The position numbers and the translations under genes were made by a program. The notes below the pieces were generated by a model, which saw only the letters and a program-made list of their open reading frames with translations, searched no databases and was not told where the DNA came from. Shown here piece by piece: positions 22,125-35,100 of a stretch of 39,620 nt of DNA. The stretch comes from Nemertoderma westbladi (lineage: Eukaryota; Animalia; Xenacoelomorpha): the NCBI GenBank assembly GCA_032718475.1, contig JAUCBJ010000846.1:1-39620 (forward strand), read 5' to 3'. Every line of letters starts with the position of its first letter. The first letter of the stretch is position 1.

Positions 22125-22675
22125 AAGTGGACGCGCCGGGTAAACCCGATAAATTCGATCGCATCGAACTTTGGTCCAACGCGATCCGACTCCGGTGGAC
22201 TCCGCCGCCGAATGCGGCCCACACCGTGATCCGGTACTACACGATCAACTGGGGGGCCCCCACCCCGGACCACCGCAGCGTACGGATCGAGCACCTCGAC
22301 AGTCTGGAGTACACGATCACCGGCCTGGAGCCCCTCACCCTCTACACGGTCGCCGTGACCGCCGTTAATAAGGCGGGCCCGGGAGAGAGTCGATTGTTTC
22401 AGTTTCGCACGCTCAGTAAGGAAGACGACCCGGGGCAAGAAGAACTCTCGATACCGCACGGAGTCAACGTGGAAGTTCACTCGTCGAGCATCGTTAAGGT
22501 CAGCTGGGTGGACCGCGACGCTTCCACCAAGGGCCGGCGTAGAGATCGCGGCCGCTATTACACCGTTAAGTACGAGACCAACTACCCCGCGGATACGTTG
22601 CCTAGTTACCTGAACTGCAGCGAGACGAGTTGCCTTGTCGACGGGTTGAGACCCGCCACTTGGTACTCCTTCCAG
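22125..22675 (+). CDS. NEO1: Neogenin/DCC exon, FN3-4 and most of FN3-5
   Basis: APGKP...IRLRWTPP...YTINWG...LEPLTLY; VSWVD...RYYTVKY...LRPATWYSFQ. Confidence 0.92.
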
Positions 22676-23051
22676 GTCAGTGCACCTCTACTCTGTTAGA
22701 GATGGCTTTGTTATTCTACTATTCTCTACTAAATTATTCTTTTAGGTAAAATTATTTGTTCTTTACTTCACTCCCACACAACATAAAACGACAGTATTTT
22801 TTTTAATTTAATTTATAACTCCCGTTTGTAACTCTATTATCCTGGTATGACACACAATTTGCTTTTGCTTAATGGATTGTTTGGGCCCGAAGGACTCGTA
22901 TAATATTCAATATAAAAATGCAATAAAGCTAATAAATTCAATAAAACTACACCCAACATGATTAGACTAAAATATTAAAATGAAATCATGAGAGCGATTC
23001 GGGGTATTATAATTTCCAATGTAATTAATAATGTAAAATATGTTCTAACAG

Positions 23052-23375
23052 GTGAAGGTAACAGAGTCGGAACGCTCTAGTCTGTACAGCATGGTGGCTG
23101 AAGGCCAGACGCTGGAGGCGCCGCCCAGTAACAGCCCAGCGGGGCGTCCGCGCGCCCTAACGCCCATCGAATCGCCGGACGACCCGCGAACCGTCATCCT
23201 CAACTGGATGTCCCCGCTAGAACCCAACGGCGTTATCACCGGCTACATCGTTCTCTACACCGCGGATGTGCTACTGGAACCCCATCAGTGGATCATTGAG
23301 CCGGTTCTCGGTCCCGTCATGTCCGAAGAGATCTCCAGCCTCTCCTTGGGAACTACTTATTATTTTAAGATTCAG
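23052..23375 (+). CDS. NEO1: Neogenin/DCC exon, end of FN3-5 and FN3-6
   Basis: TLEAPP...VILNWMSPLEPNGVITGYIVLYTAD...WIIEPVLG...TTYYFKIQ. Confidence 0.93.
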
Positions 23376-23522
23376 GTAAGAATCCTTGCGAATCGTAGGT
23401 CCCGAGAAGTTTAATTTATTTTTTTACACGTTTATATTTCCACACCTATAATCTCTATACTCAACATAATAAAGTGATTAATAATTTTACCCTCAGTAAT
23501 TTCCTCTTCTTCCCCGTCGTAG

Positions 23523-23637
23523 GCCAACAACGCCAAGGGGGAGGGCCCATTCTCTGATGTTGTTAATTACACGACCCCTAAAGCTGCCAGTGGCTCCTCC
23601 AATGTCGCTTTGGGCGCTGACCTCGATTCAACCGACG
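23523..23637 (+). CDS. NEO1: Neogenin/DCC exon, end of FN3-6 and stalk
   Basis: ANNAKGEGPFSDVVNYTTPK; GTAAGT donor, phase 1. Confidence 0.9.
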
Positions 23638-23908
23638 GTAAGTCACTTTATCAACCTACGTCGTTATAGTTGGTAGATGAACTGTTAGTAGTTGATATTC
23701 AAAGTGTATTTTTTAATTATATTTATTTAAGGAGCACTTTTTGTCTATTTGACACTGTTTAATTATTTTTATCACCTGTTTCCCCATGTGAATTTTAAAG
23801 AAAACAACATAAGTTTGCGAACAAAATATTGATATTTTACATTATGTTTAATTTCATTTCTTTTAATAACTATTTAATATTGCTGTTTATTATGTTTGTC
23901 TCATTCAG

Positions 23909-24032
23909 GGGGAGATGGACTCAACAAAAACACTCTAATTATAATAGTGACCTGTGTCAGCGGATTGTTATTGATAACCACCGCCTTAGTAATTGCGTTG
24001 CTATGCCACCGATCCAAATGCAATCACCGCCG
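23909..24032 (+). CDS. NEO1: Neogenin/DCC exon, transmembrane helix
   Basis: LIIIVTCVSGLLLITTALVIALLC followed by basic HRSK; TTCAG acceptor, GTAAGT donor. Confidence 0.9.
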
Positions 24033-24250
24033 GTAAGTTTTGTTGTGTCTATGTAGCGGTTGGTGTGACCACAGGTCAGCTCAGCAGTCAGTCAATAGTG
24101 CTGCACATAATAAACACAATATATTATACAGTATAAACTGAAAGTAATTCCCCATCACCACTACAGTACCAATGGGGGGAATTACTGATTAATGAAATTA
24201 TTGATTTATCATAAATGTTACCTTTTATTTTAATTTATATTGTATTTTAG

Positions 24251-24531
24251 ATCTCAAAATGAGAACGCTAAACGTCCGCAAGGGGTCCTCTCCAAGTCTC
24301 CCCACTCGGGGACCAACCCGCCAGACCTGTGGCTGCACTCGCACCACGTGGCCCACAATCACAGCCAATACGAATTGAAGGTCAGGGACCAACTCCACAG
24401 TCAGGCCGTAGCCAATGCCAACCACGTGGATCCGTTAATGACTGACACCCCCATACCGCAAGGGGGCGTGGGTGACATCCGGGGCCCGATGGGGTCATCT
24501 TGCGTCTACCCCCGGAATCAGAGCGCTCCCG
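24251..24531 (+). CDS. NEO1: Neogenin/DCC exon, cytoplasmic P1 motif
   Basis: PPDLWLH...YELK matches the P1 consensus PPDLWIHH..MELK. Confidence 0.9.
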
Positions 24532-24663
24532 GTTAGTGGCTAAGAATACAATCCAGAATTTATTTCTATTTTTTAGTTTTACATAATTACTCAAGTTTGG
24601 GGCGAGCCACTCGGTTTGTCAGCACCACCATATAATGTCGCATTTACTGTTTTCCTCCTAAAG

Positions 24664-24867
24664 ATGGTTCCGAAGATGCCGAGATTCATTCTGAGAACTC
24701 TAGCGGCCAATCACGGACGAGGAACATTCGAACTAAACCCGGATTGGCTCTGCCAACTCACGCAGTCCCTCCGCTGCCCAGGCAACAACAATCAACCAAC
24801 CAGCATCCGGGAATGTTCGCCAAAAGCAATGAAACTATACCGCATATGCACCTGAATCCCAATCCAT
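24664..24867 (+). CDS. NEO1: Neogenin/DCC cytoplasmic exon
   Basis: Open phase-1/phase-1 exon DGSEDAEIHSENSSGQSRTRNIRTKP...; pyrimidine tract before AAG; GTAAGT donor. Confidence 0.75.
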
Positions 24868-24989
24868 GTAAGTCGCTCAATAACCATTATTGATATTTCC
24901 ATTAATTAATGAAGGAATATTTAAGTAATGAAATATTGGTTTATGTTCTGCATAACTTATATATTTATTTACCTTTGTTTTCGTCTCAG

Positions 24990-25330
24990 TATCCCTTAGC
25001 GACGGCGGCTCAGAGACCTGCGTGTCGACCCCTGAGGACAGAGCCGCCGGCTCGAGGCAACACAAAAACCCGCTGAAGTCGTTCTCGCAACCGCCACCCC
25101 CTGTCTACGGGACGATAACGGCGTACAAAGCGAACCGCGGCGGCGGCGGCAAGGGATGCGGCCCCTCCACCGGCTCCCTCATACGGACTAAAGGTACGCC
25201 CCTAGCGGTGCTGACCCCGCAACTACCAGACCGGAGTCATAGTATCGAGGAACTTAACTCGGAGATGCAGAATCTCGAGGGACTAATGAAGGATCTTAAT
25301 GCCATAACTAATGCCGAGTTCGAGTGCTGA
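24990..25330 (+). CDS. NEO1: Neogenin/DCC terminal exon, P2 and P3 motifs
   Basis: NPLKSFSQPPPP (P2); ELNSEMQNLEGLMKDLNAIT (P3, diagnostic of the family); TGA stop. Confidence 0.95.
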
Positions 25331-25811
25331 TGGATCAATTTAATGGACAATTGTGACAATTCGAACGCACATCGCTCATCTTAGATTCTTTGAGTTTGAT
25401 GGTGCGCCATCTACCGGAATGATGGTGTATTCCGAGCCAAGGTGTGTTCTAGAACACGGCGTATAATGCTGGTTTACTAGTTTAGTCATGTGGGTGTCAC
25501 GATAGTATTTCTGTAAAGGGAAGAAATATTGTATCGCCATTCGTTAGATCTATTTGAATAATCGAGAAATATAAAGGAGTTCTAGTCCCAGAGCGTCAGA
25601 TATATATCGTTACGTATTGGAACTCTGTAAAGGTCCAAGTCTGTAAAACTCTCTGTTGGTTATTACATTTTGGTGCTTTTTGATGTTGAACAAACAAAAA
25701 CCATGAAGTTGTTGATAATATGTGTTGTTTTATATCCGATAGAATATTTAATAATTCTTGGATTTTATTTAATTGTTTCTACTAAAATCTACTTTATATG
25801 TAGTAACTATT

Positions 25812-26536
25812 TACATCATTTGTGTGCAAAGTAGCACTTTGCAGCGTTATGACCCGAGTTTATATTTGTACCGAACGAGCGCAGCGAGGGATGTTTACAT
25901 AAATAAACAAGTGTCTTTAACGCTGAAAAGTGACCTTTGCAAGCAATGATGTATGTAATTTTGTTACATTATGTCAACTTATCAGCGTTCGGTATGTGAA
26001 GAAAGGATTTTATGGATACTCATTTATACATTTTAATCATGTACTACCGGTATATCGAATATATACCGGTATATATCATGTACTATATCGAATATAAGTG
26101 AAATTTATTAACAGTACACAGTATTAATTTATACATTCTAATTCAATCTAATTAAAGTTTATTGGAAGTTATCTCCTGCTTGGATGTGATAAATTATTAA
26201 TCCATATTGACTATAGTCGACTGAAGCAAACTTAGTCACCGACTGTGTCCGTTCAGTTTTACTGAACACTGTCGCCATTTTATTTGGTCATTTTAGTATC
26301 TTCTATTGGACGTTTCGCCATAATGGATTACAGTACACGTTAAAACAAATATTATTTACATACAGTAGCTAGTCCCGTCACTGCAAACTGTATAATAAAG
26401 CAGCACTGATTAACATAAATGGAAATAATACATTCTGGAATACGGTTATTGAAGTTGTTTCCATGTCATTGATTACTTTGCAGCGTTACGGGTAATTCAC
26501 CGGAACGCTGTTAAGTTGACACAATGTAACAAAATT
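25812..26536. mobile_element. Non-autonomous element with nested inverted repeats (Crypton-derived or MITE-like)
   Basis: Imperfect palindrome 25812-25953 centred on CGAGCGCAGCGAGG; inverted repeat 25957-25993 versus 26499-26536; direct repeat ACTTTGCAGCGTTA at 25836 and 26475. Confidence 0.55.
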
Positions 26537-27290
26537 CATTAAATATTATATTTAATAATTCACGATGTTTATTTGAAGTTGTGGAAGCCAAACTTTGTTA
26601 AAGTTTTAAGTATTATATATGTTTTTGTTAACCATAAAACTTAAAAGCCATAGTATCCATGGTCCTACTTTATCGATATAGCCAATAACACGCGCAATTA
26701 ATTTATACCTATTATGATTTTTTTTTAATTTTTTACTAATATTGATTTTCTTTTTAATTCTCTATAAGTTGTTATCATTTGATTAGTAAGCTAAGATATT
26801 CCTAACCCAGTAAACACGTAAATAACTTTACTTAACATTTGTGCATTTGGTTATCAAAGACCTCATTGAATGTAAATCTAACCCTTTGCCTTTTTATGTT
26901 CGGTTTTAAGTATTATTTGGCTTGAATATTATTCATTTTGTGTTTATTATGTCCAACATTTTGTATTCTCGAACACTAACAAATATATTTAAATAGTTTT
27001 CAAACTCAGGAACTCCCATTATTTTTACAACTGATGCACCACTGCGCTTGTGACCTGGGATTTCATTTAAAAATAAGTCAGTCAACACTGACTGACTTGG
27101 ACTGACTCGCCTTCTGGGAGTTTCTTTCAATCTCATTAAGATTTGTAGAAAAAATTTTTTATTATTTCTAATGAATGAAATTATAAATTAAATAGGAACA
27201 TCTGTTACAACAGGTTCTCGAGGTACTGCCAGCTTGAAGGGCGTAAATATATCAGGAAGCGATCGGCAACCCGGCGTAAAACAGGCGGGG

Positions 27291-29635
27291 TAGGGAGGGG
27301 TGGGGTTGAATGGGTCGTGGGGCTAAATGGGTCTATTCGGTATTTTCTGTCATATTTCGAAAAATACTTACGATGACCAAAATAATTTAATTGTTTCTAG
27401 TAATCTAATACATTTCCGTTTTAATGACCTATAATATGTTAGCATTTGAAGTTTACTTCATGTAAATTATTGCTGGTGAAAAAAATATATTTTCCCGCCA
27501 TAAAAACACTCAATTTTGTTAAGCGATTTTCTTTGTTCTGGTTAGTGTGGGACGTTGGGTAATGGATTGTTGAGATTCCCCATTTACCAAGCTATCGTTT
27601 CATTTAGTAGTGTATCATGGAGCGTTTTAAACGAGGAGAAACGATCAATTTGTAAAACGGGGGAAAATGGGTCTATCTGAATTTTTTAGAGTGGGGTAAA
27701 ATGGGTGTATCATGATTCAAAAAAACTGACGGGAATTTAAAGCCACTGTAGATCGACAGGCCCTTTAAGCGATGGATATTGATTTTAGAGGGAAACTTGA
27801 ACTATTAAGCAACATACACTGACGGAATTAACTTCAAGCCTAATGGTGGGGGACTGGATGTTAGTCGAGGTGGCCGGAAGTCGTGATTGAATGCGGAATT
27901 ATATCAGTATGGAATACATAAAAAGAATAACTTGAAAATTATTCCTAACTTTCTGGAAGTGGCACAAACAATAAGTATAATAAAGTTGTTTATCTAGTTT
28001 ATACAAGTATATTATAATGAATATTAACATATCAGCACATAGGACTATCCAAACATTGCCATACCAGTAAACATATACGTAAACATGTAATTTTCACCCG
28101 ATTAGTTATTCATTGTCACTCATTTCAACATCTGATTCTGCCCAGAAGTTCCTTCTCGTGTGGTAGATTTCGAAACATGGTATGGTGCACAGATGTGGGG
28201 CGAGCCACGAAGTTGGCGGAGCCTTAGCGAATTGACACTGTTAGGGGGTGGGTCAATTTATGCAAATAGTTGTCGTCGTCGTTGTCGTCGTCGTTGTCGT
28301 CGTCGTCGTCGTCGTCGTTACGATTTTGACATGCTAATAACTTTGTCGGATTTAAAGCTGCCAAGTTGAAAATTTGTAGGTATCAATATGAGCAAAAGTT
28401 GAGATTTTTGAGAGACTTTCAGACACCATCAGTGCAATGGTCTCCCGCTAGAGGGCCACATGTCTAAACATTAAATGCCCTCCCATTTCTTTGCTTTTAA
28501 TCCGTTTAAGCTGAAACTTGGCAGATATGTATTAGACCATTAGCTGTGACTTTCAAAGGAGGCGAATCCATCTGCAGTTCTCCAGTCTGCCGCTAGAGGG
28601 CCAACGTGACTATTTGCATAAATTGACCTACCCCCTAACAGTGTCAATTCGCTAAGGCTCTGCCAACTTCGTGCTGCGCGAAGTCCCCACTTCGTGTATA
28701 ATACACACACTTTTTTTATTGAATAAGAAATATATAATGATAGATAAAAATAAATAAAATACTAAATAAATATAAATAAATAAAAATAACTGGGAATTAG
28801 TTCAAAACATTAAATTAGCGATAAACTGCGTAATTGTTAACTTCAGAGGCCGATATATATATCACCTGAAAGAGGAGAAACTCACCTTCAACGTGGTGGT
28901 TATAGTTTGTCTCTATGACTTATAATAATGAAAGGGCCATTAGTTTAAATTTGACAATTTTCCCACACTTTACTACCGTGTAGTTTATCATGTAGTGATC
29001 GTCTGGCGCCGATTCAACTACTGTTAGTTATAAAGCTTATCAACTGCCCAATACAATGGCCCTATCTTACTATCTATTGTCGTCGACATATAAGTCAATG
29101 CTACCTTCCTGACGGCTGATAAACAGAGTAGTATAGCCGAAACTCGTACGTGAGTTGGAACCAAGTCAGACCGGTTTAACTGTAACTCATATATGAGTTT
29201 TCACTAAGTCAGAATAGATATAAAGAAAAGTTCCCACCAACTACAACTAACTCTCCTACAACTCATAATAGAATAGATATCATCAAAGATATAGAATGTC
29301 AGAATATCAGAATAGATATCATCAAAAATTCCTACCAAGTAGAACTAACAATCGCAAAACTCATATTTGAGTTTTCACCAAGTGGAGGTGGCGTTTTAGA
29401 AAAACCCTCACCAGTTTAAGGGTTAATATTAAATTTAATATTTTGAACTTACATTTTGACAAAATATAAGTTAAAATGTATACAATCTATATATCAATTT
29501 TTTGCACATTTTGTTCTGCTTTTCAACGACCCATTCAACCCGCTCTTAATCCCACAATATATAGCTAATTTTGTCAAAGATTCAACATAGACCCATTTAG
29601 CCCCACACTTGACCCATTTTCCCGACGATTCATTA
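27291..29635 (+). mobile_element. Decayed TIR DNA transposon (pogo/Tigger-like) carrying nested insertions
   Basis: GTGGGGCTAAATGGGTCTA (27317) perfectly inverted at 29588; GGGTTGAATGGGTCGT (27303) inverted near 29526; further GGGGnAAATGGG copies at ~27660 and ~27692; TA at the inferred ends. Confidence 0.6.
28190..28715. mobile_element. Young fold-back non-autonomous element (HINE/DINE-like or MITE)
   Basis: 65-bp inverted repeats 28206-28270 and 28609-28673 (2 mismatches); (GTC)n microsatellite 28270-28318; CCGCTAGAGGGCCA twice; hairpin CGAAGT-CCCC-ACTTCG near the right end, then a T-run. Confidence 0.7.
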
Positions 29636-31617
29636 CTTCTAAAAACATCTTTCCATAGGATGGTACTCTACTGTCGATTCTTATAAATTCAGAAACTAGA
29701 TATAAATAGGACAATATGATAATGCTCTCCATAGCGAAAAATATCAACCGGCCCTATTGGGGCTCGAACACGGTACCTAGGTTTCAAACTTCTGGTTATC
29801 ATCAGCCGGGTGAGTGTACTGAGCTACCAGACCGGATGAATATTTCGCTATGGAGTGGGAGATCATATTTAGGCCAACTAATCACTCAAAGGAAAGTACA
29901 ACGTTATTCCCGTGCTCTGCCAGAAATGGCAACCATGCCTCAAAGAATAACTATTATACAGTGTTGTAGAAACCACTGTAACCCCGTATGCCTGGCCCAG
30001 GCTGTTAATTAATAATTAATCACTTTGAGGGTCAATAAGCTTAAAAGTGGCCAATGGTTTGTCCGGAAGTTACGATATAATTTTAAATGCTTTAATTTAT
30101 TCGTATGTAATAAAGTTATATATTATTTTGTAGCTAATTTATTTGCGCAGCTTACGCACTAAAAATTATGAAAATCTGTAAAGGCAGTCAAAAGATATGC
30201 CCCATCAAAGACTGAAATATCGTGAAAATCAGTTGTCCCTTAATGACACGACCACAAACAACTGTAAATTTTATCACCCCAAGTGGCAAATATATAGGAA
30301 ACCTGTTGGGAAGCTTAGATGTTTTGCTTTCTTTTCCGATATATTTCAGGCCATAATATTCATGTTGAACCATTTGAGATCGATACATAAAATGGGCATG
30401 GATTTTTCGTTTTTTGTGTCACATCTGTAACATTTACGTCTAGAATCTGAAGTAGTAACTGCAGGTTTTCAGTTTTGATATATTTAGAATCTACAGGGTT
30501 TCTAACATATATAGGCCAAATATCACATACAAAGGACAAGGTCATCTCATTTGGGAAGCATTTATGTTTAACAAAGTCAATATAGAAAGCATAAACGTCC
30601 ATATCTGTAACGCTACAAATGTAGCCATAGATTTTGATAATATTAATCTCATACAAGTATAATGGTACGTGTGGAAAGGCAATTTGAATTTATGCCGCAT
30701 CAACCCCAAGAGTTAATGTGATAAATAAACACCTAGGATGTATGGCGGTGGTAAGCGTTTTTGTCAATCATCTGTAACGCGTCACCGTTACAGTGCAGTG
30801 CGTTACAGATAAGGGATGTCTCATCTGTAATGCATTATATAACCAGTTATCGATGCGTTACAGACTGTAGGTTTTCAGTCCTATCTATATGACAGTCCTA
30901 TCTGTAACGGAGTGTCATCCTGAAATACAATAAGGCATCACTGTCAATATTTGAATGCCTACGCGTTTGATACGTTCTTCGTCTTCCTACTGACATCATA
31001 ACTGCTCATGGTAATGTGGTAGTGTAAGATGGGTAAGTGTAAAACCCGGAACCGGATGCAGGATCCGGATCGGTACCCGGATTTTGAGGTTAAAACGCGG
31101 ATCCGGGTTTTCATGAAATCCGGAAATGAGTGCAAAATACGAATTCAAGCTAATTTTCATTGTCAAGTGTTACTGGATCCCGTAAGGGAAGTAAAACACC
31201 GATTCATGTTTATCTCTATCCGGGAAGAGGTGATTGTGGATTCTAGGGAGTAAAGCGCAGATTCACTTCACATATGAAATTGTATAAATCCAGAGCTTCT
31301 GGGTCCGTGGTAAATAATTTAGGAATTAATTGCAAATATATACAATCTCCATCTTAGAAATTTTAAAAGTATTAATAAAATGTGCTTTCTGCAAAATTTC
31401 GCTTTATTTCGTTTAGAATTATAGAAGATACATTTCCTACAAACAGTGTTTTTTTAACATACAATATATTGCACAGACGGTCCTTTGCCCAACGTTTCGT
31501 TTTTCGTTATTAGGCTGCCCTGCATAGGCGCGTAATTTATTACAACAATGCTGATAGCAGTGGATCCGTCCATTATTGTCAGCTCTCGCTGGCAAGCTTG
31601 TAACTACTACTGGTGTT

Positions 31618-31733
31618 CGGACACTTCCCCCCCGGACAGTTCCCCCCCCCGCTCAAGTAGGACACTTCCCCCCCGGACACTTCCCCCCCAGACACTCCCC
31701 CCCCCCCCCCCCCGCGGACACTTCCCCCCCGAC
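31618..31733. repeat. Short degenerate repeats CGGACACTTCCCCCC (probable subterminal repeats of a MITE end)
   Basis: About six copies. Confidence 0.55.
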
Positions 31734-32131
31734 TGTTCTTAACTTCGCACATTCGTATTTTTCATTTTGTAAGGTAAACGGACCGCTTGTATCCAGATAA
31801 GTTGTATCCAATTTTCCTTTCGTACAGTAGCTCAGAAAGTGATCTTTTGCATCCCGATTTTACATTTTATATCCAAGTTTTATTTATGGGTTTTATCAAT
31901 GCAATTACATCGTATTGTTTGCTAATCTTTAAACAATTTGTACACGGTTCCATTTACTTAGTATTCTGCAAACAAAAATGGCCATACGGATGATTTAGAT
32001 CAGCAGAACTTCTGTGCAATATTATATATTTGGGGCCCCATTGGATCAGTTATTGCATTTAGTTGCCCCTATAGAAGACTACTTCGTCTTCTTAATGCTT
32101 TATGACAGTATTATATCAGGCGCTGATCCAA

Positions 32132-35100
32132 TGTAACCCCCCTTGTGTAACTGTTATAATGTTGTGCAGTGCATACATATTACTTTATTGAGTTGGCCTG
32201 TAATCTATCCTAAGTGATTTGTAGTGTAACTGCCAATGGGATTGCTTAGTGAGCAACCAGCTGGAGTGAATTGATTACCACATTGTTCTTTGTACATTTC
32301 TGCATATTTAAGGCAGTGTAGTTAATATCCCGGCAGTCACCTAGAGTCATTTACGGTAACGATATTATTAGGTGTTTACCCGTTTATACTGGGAGCACAA
32401 ATTCTTATGATTGTTATTCATATTATATTATTATTAGAATATACTATCTCTAATCTGAATTCTCTCTTTTATAATTTGTTAACAACCATGCATAAAATGG
32501 AAACAGCGTTCCTGGGAGAGCTCCTATTCCTCACCGATAGATCCTTAGCCCCAATCTAGTTTCTGCTGCTAGCCGATCAACTCAATTCTTTCCCTTTCAA
32601 AAAACTCACGAACCTAACGCATTCGTGTACAATAAGAATTTGTGTGCAGCGAATTGGTGCGTTCCATCTCGCCGAAAGAGTTGCAGTTTTGGAAGCAGAC
32701 TATCTGTTGGACTACGGATTTTCTAAAGGAGACATCGTATCTAAAGGTTGATCTTATCTATCTATTCACCGACTCTAGGATGATTAGAGAAATTTCTTTA
32801 TCAGGCTAAGTACCCGTTATTTATTACTTCGTGACTGAATGAAATTCTAACAGGCTACTAAACTCGATTCAGAAGTTATTCTCGCTAACATTGCGTCATA
32901 TGTTTTCCGGTCGTTAGGGACACATCGGGCAAACCGACGTTGTTTGTCCGCCGGTACTCTCGTATCTGTAAACGAGGGATTATAATCCCTAGCCTCACGA
33001 AATAATTTTCGTTGTGTTAGTTACTTTTGGCTGTTTTTTTTTAAGTTCTGCTGATCGTGTTTTGGTACATTGGTTTAATGATTTCGGACAATGATTTTAT
33101 AATTTGTTAATATTCTGTCATAATTTTTGCAAGACGACTCATACTGCCCGGTGCGAAAACCATTCATATCCGGTCGGTTGTTTTAAGACAATTTTTACCC
33201 TGATCTTTCCGTATTATAAACGGAATTATTATACCGTTGGTGAGCTCTGTAAATAACTGGTTTAATTATTTTCAGGTTGCCTGCGGGTAATTTACCTTTT
33301 GTATGCTTGGTTTATTTTGTGTTAAATTTTTTAGGACTTTAGTATACTGCACGTTTATTGCTACAAGAAAATGTCAAGTCTTAATGTTGGTATAGGACCT
33401 GGATCCCCAAGGAGTGGAGTGTCTCTGGTTGGTGACCCGTTGCTGGTTGGCGCCCCCATCGCTGACCTCACTGCGGCAAGTCATTCCGAGTTGGTGTCCG
33501 GCCACAAACCGTCCATTCCAGCACCAGCTGATATCACATTAAGTACAGCGGTCGCGTTGAAAAGGTCTCACTATCGGGGTGAGCCGTGTTATGATGAGGG
33601 CCCGCGGCATGCCCCCATTGGTTCAGCAAAGGGCCCCTTAACTCGCCTGAGGGGCAACGGTGCCCCCAGCTCAAACATGGTTGCTAGTGTGACAAGTGTG
33701 GGTACCATAAACCGAGGTTTGGGACAACTCTATCGCCACCTGGAATCGGAGTGTGAGGAGATCAACAAAGCACGGGTAAGTTCCACTGTTGACTCTGCCA
33801 TTTTATACACACTGACACAGAAACTCATTGCCAGGTTTGTCAAGATTAAGGATCGTGTAACACAATTAGAGCGTTACTATGAGTGTAATGGAACCAGAGA
33901 GGACTATGAACAGATAACTTCTAAGTTTAATTATTATAGAGACTTGTACCATAAAGCTATTGAGACTCCAGCTCATTCTGTAAGTATCCAGGTCACTCCC
34001 CCTAGAGAAGTAATTAAAGCTATTACCCACCCGCCCTCAGAGGTACAGAATCTGCAAAGGACATCCGGTGAAGTATTAAACTCTAATTATTATGGCCCGC
34101 CTGGGCCAGAACAGGTAGTTGGTGGCACCGCTAATTTAAACATCGATGCTTTAAATCCCAATAAGGTTAGTACTTACTCTGTGGGACATGGGGTCCCTAG
34201 GCAAAGACAGGTTAGTGTGGGGGGTGCATCACATTTGTCAGGTAGCTCCTCGAGCTCACCCAAAGTTCAGCGGCTCGCCGAAGCCAAATTAGCAGAACTA
34301 GAAAGCATCCAGGCTCAAGAGACCCTTAGGCGCCAGGAAATTGTTGACCGTGAACGCCATCGTATTCAAGTAGACCTTGAGGCTACACGAATTTCGGAGG
34401 CCGGCCAAGAAACTATCTTGAAAGCCACAAAAGCAGCTGAGAAGGCTAAGGAACAAGCAGATGAAGAAACTAGGAAGGCAGAAGCACAGGCCATCAAAGC
34501 TGTTGCTGAGGTCAAACGTGTAGCTGCGGCCAATGAACGTCTACAGGTACTTGAAAGTGCTGAGTTATGGTGTCGAGCGCAAAATGTCAGGGACCAATGT
34601 AGTCTTCGCACCAGAATTTTGGAAGCTGAAGGCAGCGCCCCTGAAGGTGAGGAATTCGCCAGTGTAATGCATGTTGATTTGCCTCTAGTTGCAACCGGAT
34701 ATTCAGTGGCCCATCCAGAACCTGCAAGCACAAGTACCAGCCAGTTTGTTCCACAGGTACGACAGGTAGACAAACCCATATATTCCAGTAACATAGGTGA
34801 TAGCATATTTACTACACCGCAGCCTGAACATCAACCGTCTACTCGACCACATCGACTGAAATTTGACAATCATGTTCAGGCTGCTCGTACTCCTAGGTTT
34901 TTAGATAGACAAGTTAAAAGTAGTTCCACTCACACTTACACCCTCAGTCTAGGTAAATCTCCTGAAAATCATTATATTCCCCAACCTAGTAAGGGCGACC
35001 TTCCTTGTGCCCAGGTGCTTTATAAAACATCAGATAGTGAACATCTCCCACAAGATGAGCCAGGTTCCGTCATAGAACCCCCCAATTGGGAACCTCCAAT

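Noticed and set aside
13603-23637. Receptor tyrosine phosphatase (LAR) or Robo as the identity of the FN3 exons
   Set aside because: Six FN3 domains, no phosphatase domain, and clear P1/P2/P3 motifs identify the DCC/Neogenin family.
28160-28369. Arg-rich protamine-like ORF
   Set aside because: Translation of the (GTC)n microsatellite in a repeat element.
29716-31993. Short ORFs between the DNA-element cluster and the BEL element
   Set aside because: No recognisable motifs or consistent splice structure; several overlap simple repeats.
32132-33370. Exact 5' LTR and primer-binding site of the BEL element
   Set aside because: No second LTR in the window and no unambiguous CA-TGG junction, so the boundaries cannot be supported.
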